IMG/VR virus record: IMGVR_UViG_3300045988_168162
Span: 1 to 64,000 of that record
Length of the DNA: 64,000 nt
Direction: 5' to 3' (one strand)
Source: a virus
The notes under the pieces are model-generated. The model searched no databases. It was not told the origin of the DNA and worked only from the letters and a program-made list of their open reading frames with translations. Shown here piece after piece: positions 62,100 to 64,000 of the stretch (the first letter of the stretch is position 1; each line of letters starts with the position of its first letter). A program made the position numbers and the translations under genes.

Positions 62100-62560
62100 T
62101 CTTTGCGGCATTGTTCGGGTTTCGTCCTTGTTCGTGTTTGTTCAGGGTTTCGATTTTGTTCTGGTCTCGCAGGGGTCCAGGCTCTAAGAGGTGTCATCGT
62201 ACATAGTGTTCGTCCTTTTCTTGTCATGGTTTACAGGGTGTCATGGGCTTGGTTGTGCCCTTGTTTACGGAAATCGGTCTGAGAGGGCTTGTGCGGGGCT
62301 TGCTTGGTTCGGGAATATAAGCTGTCGGATTTGGTAAAGAACAGCTTGTAAGGCTTGCTAGGTGTCTTGTAGCGTGTCCTTACCAAAATCATGCTCGTGC
62401 TATAAGTGGTTCCGGGCTTCTCAGATCGTCTGTGGGGCGGCTGTGCGGCCTTGTACGGGGGTCACTTGGCTTGGCAGGGTAACTTACTTATGTAAAGGTA
62501 CAGGCTCGCAGAGAGGCTTATTGGCGGGCGTTACATGGTCGGTGCGGAAACGGCATTGGT
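62100..62560. repeat. GT-skewed repeat field (TTGTTC x4, GGTGTCAT x2, GGCTTG x7 or more)
   Basis: No credible ORF on either strand. Short direct repeats read directly. The plus strand is strongly G+T rich. Confidence 0.55.
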
Positions 62561-62617
62561 CTTTTACTATGTAATTTGTAATTGTCGTTTTGCATGTATA
62601 TACACATTTTATGTATA

Positions 62618-62833
62618 TCAGCTGGCAAGGTGGTAGCTGCCGTGCGGGTCGATAAATTCGCTAACATAGAACATCTGCCCGGCATGGAAGAAGAAATCGC
62701 CCCCGCCCTTAGTGCGGCACAGGTGATGGATCTTGTGCTCAGTCAGGCGGCCATTGCGCCAAACGGTCAGCAGGATTCGTTCGTGGTCGCGGCTATGCTG
62801 GATGCGGTAGGTGGTGGAGCCGAGTTTAAGCAT
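62618..62833 (-). CDS. hypothetical protein (71 aa)
   Basis: Start at MLKLGST after AAAGGAGG. Confidence 0.45.
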   Translation of the reverse strand: MLKLGSTTYRIQHSRDHERILLTVWRNGRLTEHKIHHLCRTKGGGDFFFHAGQMFYVSEFIDPHGSYHLAS

Positions 62834-62865
62834 CTGCGATGGCCTCCTTTCAGGCAAGCAAATCA

Positions 62866-63069
62866 TCATTTAGAAATCAATTCAAAGGGCAAATTTTCAG
62901 CGGCCTGGACGCCGTAGGTGAAGCGCAGACCGTTGTGCAGGTTCTGAAATACGAAACGGGACGGAATTAAATCTCCACGCCAAATATCGCTGTTATCCTG
63001 ATAGCCGACGATCTTATAGTGGGTTCGTTTACCTTGGATGCGGACGATCATGCCGGGTTCAAGTTTCAT
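62866..63069 (-). CDS. hypothetical protein (67 aa)
   Basis: Start at MKLEPGM. The longer track ORF overlaps the upstream gene. Confidence 0.4.
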   Translation of the reverse strand: MKLEPGMIVRIQGKRTHYKIVGYQDNSDIWRGDLIPSRFVFQNLHNGLRFTYGVQAAENLPFELISK

Positions 63070-63349
63070 CGTTGACATCATCTCCTTCATCCTCGTCATC
63101 TTTGTCATCCTCGCCGTCATTGTAGCGCTCAAGGGCTTTCCAGTTTTTGAAGCCGAGCAGCTGGGCAATATAGTCATCCTCAAACCAGAACAGGTCGTTG
63201 ATTGCGGTGTCGGTCGGGTTTTCGCCCAGGACTTCCGGTAGCAGGCCATCCAGCCGGTCAAGCTGGTCGGTGGTCAAGTGGTCGATGCGTCCTTTAGCGC
63301 CGGACCAGAATTCAAACTGGCGCAGGGGCTTCTCTACGGTATAGGTCAT
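63059..63349 (-). CDS. hypothetical protein with poly-acidic tail
   Basis: Ends ..DGEDDKDDEDEGDDVNDET. Confidence 0.45.
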   Translation of the reverse strand: MTYTVEKPLRQFEFWSGAKGRIDHLTTDQLDRLDGLLPEVLGENPTDTAINDLFWFEDDYIAQLLGFKNWKALERYNDGEDDKDDEDEGDDVNDET

Positions 63350-63729
63350 GGTGTTCGTTCTCCCCTCTGTGATGTTTTGTCCAATAGGGAACGGCTTTGG
63401 TGGCCGCAGGCATACTCGATCATAACATCGGGGTTACTGCTGTGGCCGTGTGCCCAATCGACCTGGATAAGACCGCGGGTCTCACCGCAAACGGGGCATT
63501 TCATATCGGTCAGGTCATTGTAATACGGTTCGATCTGCACCCAGCCATCCGGGTTGCCGAGAATGACCTGCTCGATGAGGAACTTTTCGACCTCGGATTC
63601 CAGGTAGGGACGGGTTTGGTTGAACAATTTCAATTCCGGGTCATGGCTGAAGCTGCGATTGACATACCGGAACTCAGTGCCAGCCTTAATGCCGGGCAGG
63701 TCTTTGAGCGTGGTAACTTTGTAGATCAT
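63346..63729 (-). CDS. hypothetical protein with Zn-binding-like CPVCG .. H..H motif
   Basis: ORF in the array. KCPVCGETRG .. WAHGHS .. YACGH. Confidence 0.45.
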   Translation of the reverse strand: MIYKVTTLKDLPGIKAGTEFRYVNRSFSHDPELKLFNQTRPYLESEVEKFLIEQVILGNPDGWVQIEPYYNDLTDMKCPVCGETRGLIQVDWAHGHSSNPDVMIEYACGHQSRSLLDKTSQRGERTP

Positions 63730-63778
63730 CTTCTGGCGGAGCCTTCTTTCTCTGACGGAGTCTTAGCTGGCGGCGTCA

Positions 63779-63958
63779 TTATTCATGAGACAGATCGTGC
63801 CAGTACATGACGGCAACCGTGACAAGTGCGGCAACGACCAGAGGGAACACGACCCAGCCGGGCAGGGTAGCGGCCAGCCACAGAATCATGATGAACAGGG
63901 CAAGGACGGCCAGGGTTGCGAGGATGCAGGCCAGGTGGAAAAGCGGTTTGGATTTCAT
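63779..63958 (-). CDS. small two-helix membrane protein (59 aa)
   Basis: Start at MKSKPLF after AAGGAG. Hydrophobic throughout. Confidence 0.4.
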   Translation of the reverse strand: MKSKPLFHLACILATLAVLALFIMILWLAATLPGWVVFPLVVAALVTVAVMYWHDLSHE

Positions 63959-64000
63959 TTCGTGTTCACTCCTTGATTGCTTTATCATAAATTTATTGAT

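Noticed and set aside
61998-62560. CRISPR array (also considered for 34519-34606).
   Set aside because: The repeats are 6-16 nt, irregularly spaced and not separated by unique spacers of constant length. There are no cas genes apart from the unrelated IscB.

Overview
This 64-kb window comes from a large dsDNA mobile genome. It is most consistent with a big (jumbo-type) phage or phage-plasmid of an anaerobic Firmicutes-like host. It holds about 110 tightly packed genes, all but one on the minus strand. Many are translationally coupled (ATGA/GTGA overlaps, recurrent GGAGGTGAT Shine-Dalgarno). No capsid or tail genes lie in the window. Recognisable blocks: (i) 0.2-9.4 kb nucleotide metabolism and replication (FTR-like Cys protein, nrdG, nrdD, NrdH-like redoxin, DUF3310, thyX, ERCC4-type nuclease, Pol III alpha). 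(ii) 10.8-18 kb Cas4-like PD-(D/E)XK exonuclease, homing-endonuclease-like gene, Toprim primase, DnaB-type helicase, AAA_24/Sak4-like ATPase, possible SSB. (iii) 18.3-20.8 kb HPr-like protein and a kinase-phosphatase-ligase Pnkp RNA-repair enzyme. (iv) 21.8-26 kb ABC importer (NMT1/SsuA-like binding protein fused to an OmpA domain, ATPase, permease) interleaved with a PspA/IM30-like protein. (v) 30-34.4 kb RNA island with tRNA-Thr, a Leu-like tRNA, tRNA-Met, tRNA-Pro, tRNA-Gly, an IscB RNA-guided nuclease with a candidate omega-RNA, and more than 1 kb of highly structured non-coding sequence. (vi) 35.6-38 kb tyrosine-recombinase-like gene, orphan MazF-like toxin, and an XRE regulator (the only plus-strand gene). 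(vii) 38.3-42.4 kb CCA-adding enzyme, minimal nucleotidyltransferase, RlmN/Cfr-like radical-SAM enzyme. (viii) 43-53 kb about 35 small, mostly acidic ORFs. (ix) 55.8-57.9 kb retron-type reverse transcriptase flanked by two paralogous ~340-nt structured RNAs. (x) 58-61.5 kb ThiF/E1-like plus JAB/MPN plus three unknown genes (PRTRC-like cassette). (xi) 61.7-62.6 kb repeat-rich, GT-skewed non-coding region. The most unusual observations are four. First, the RT locus with a four-copy covarying RNA module, two copies of which sit beside tRNA genes. Second, ten proteins in two clusters that share a C-terminal P-T-V-S-F-E-E-L-F/Y tag. Third, several genes that seem to start at AUU/AUC. Fourth, the E1/JAB cassette. 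All functional calls rest on motifs read by eye; no database search was possible.
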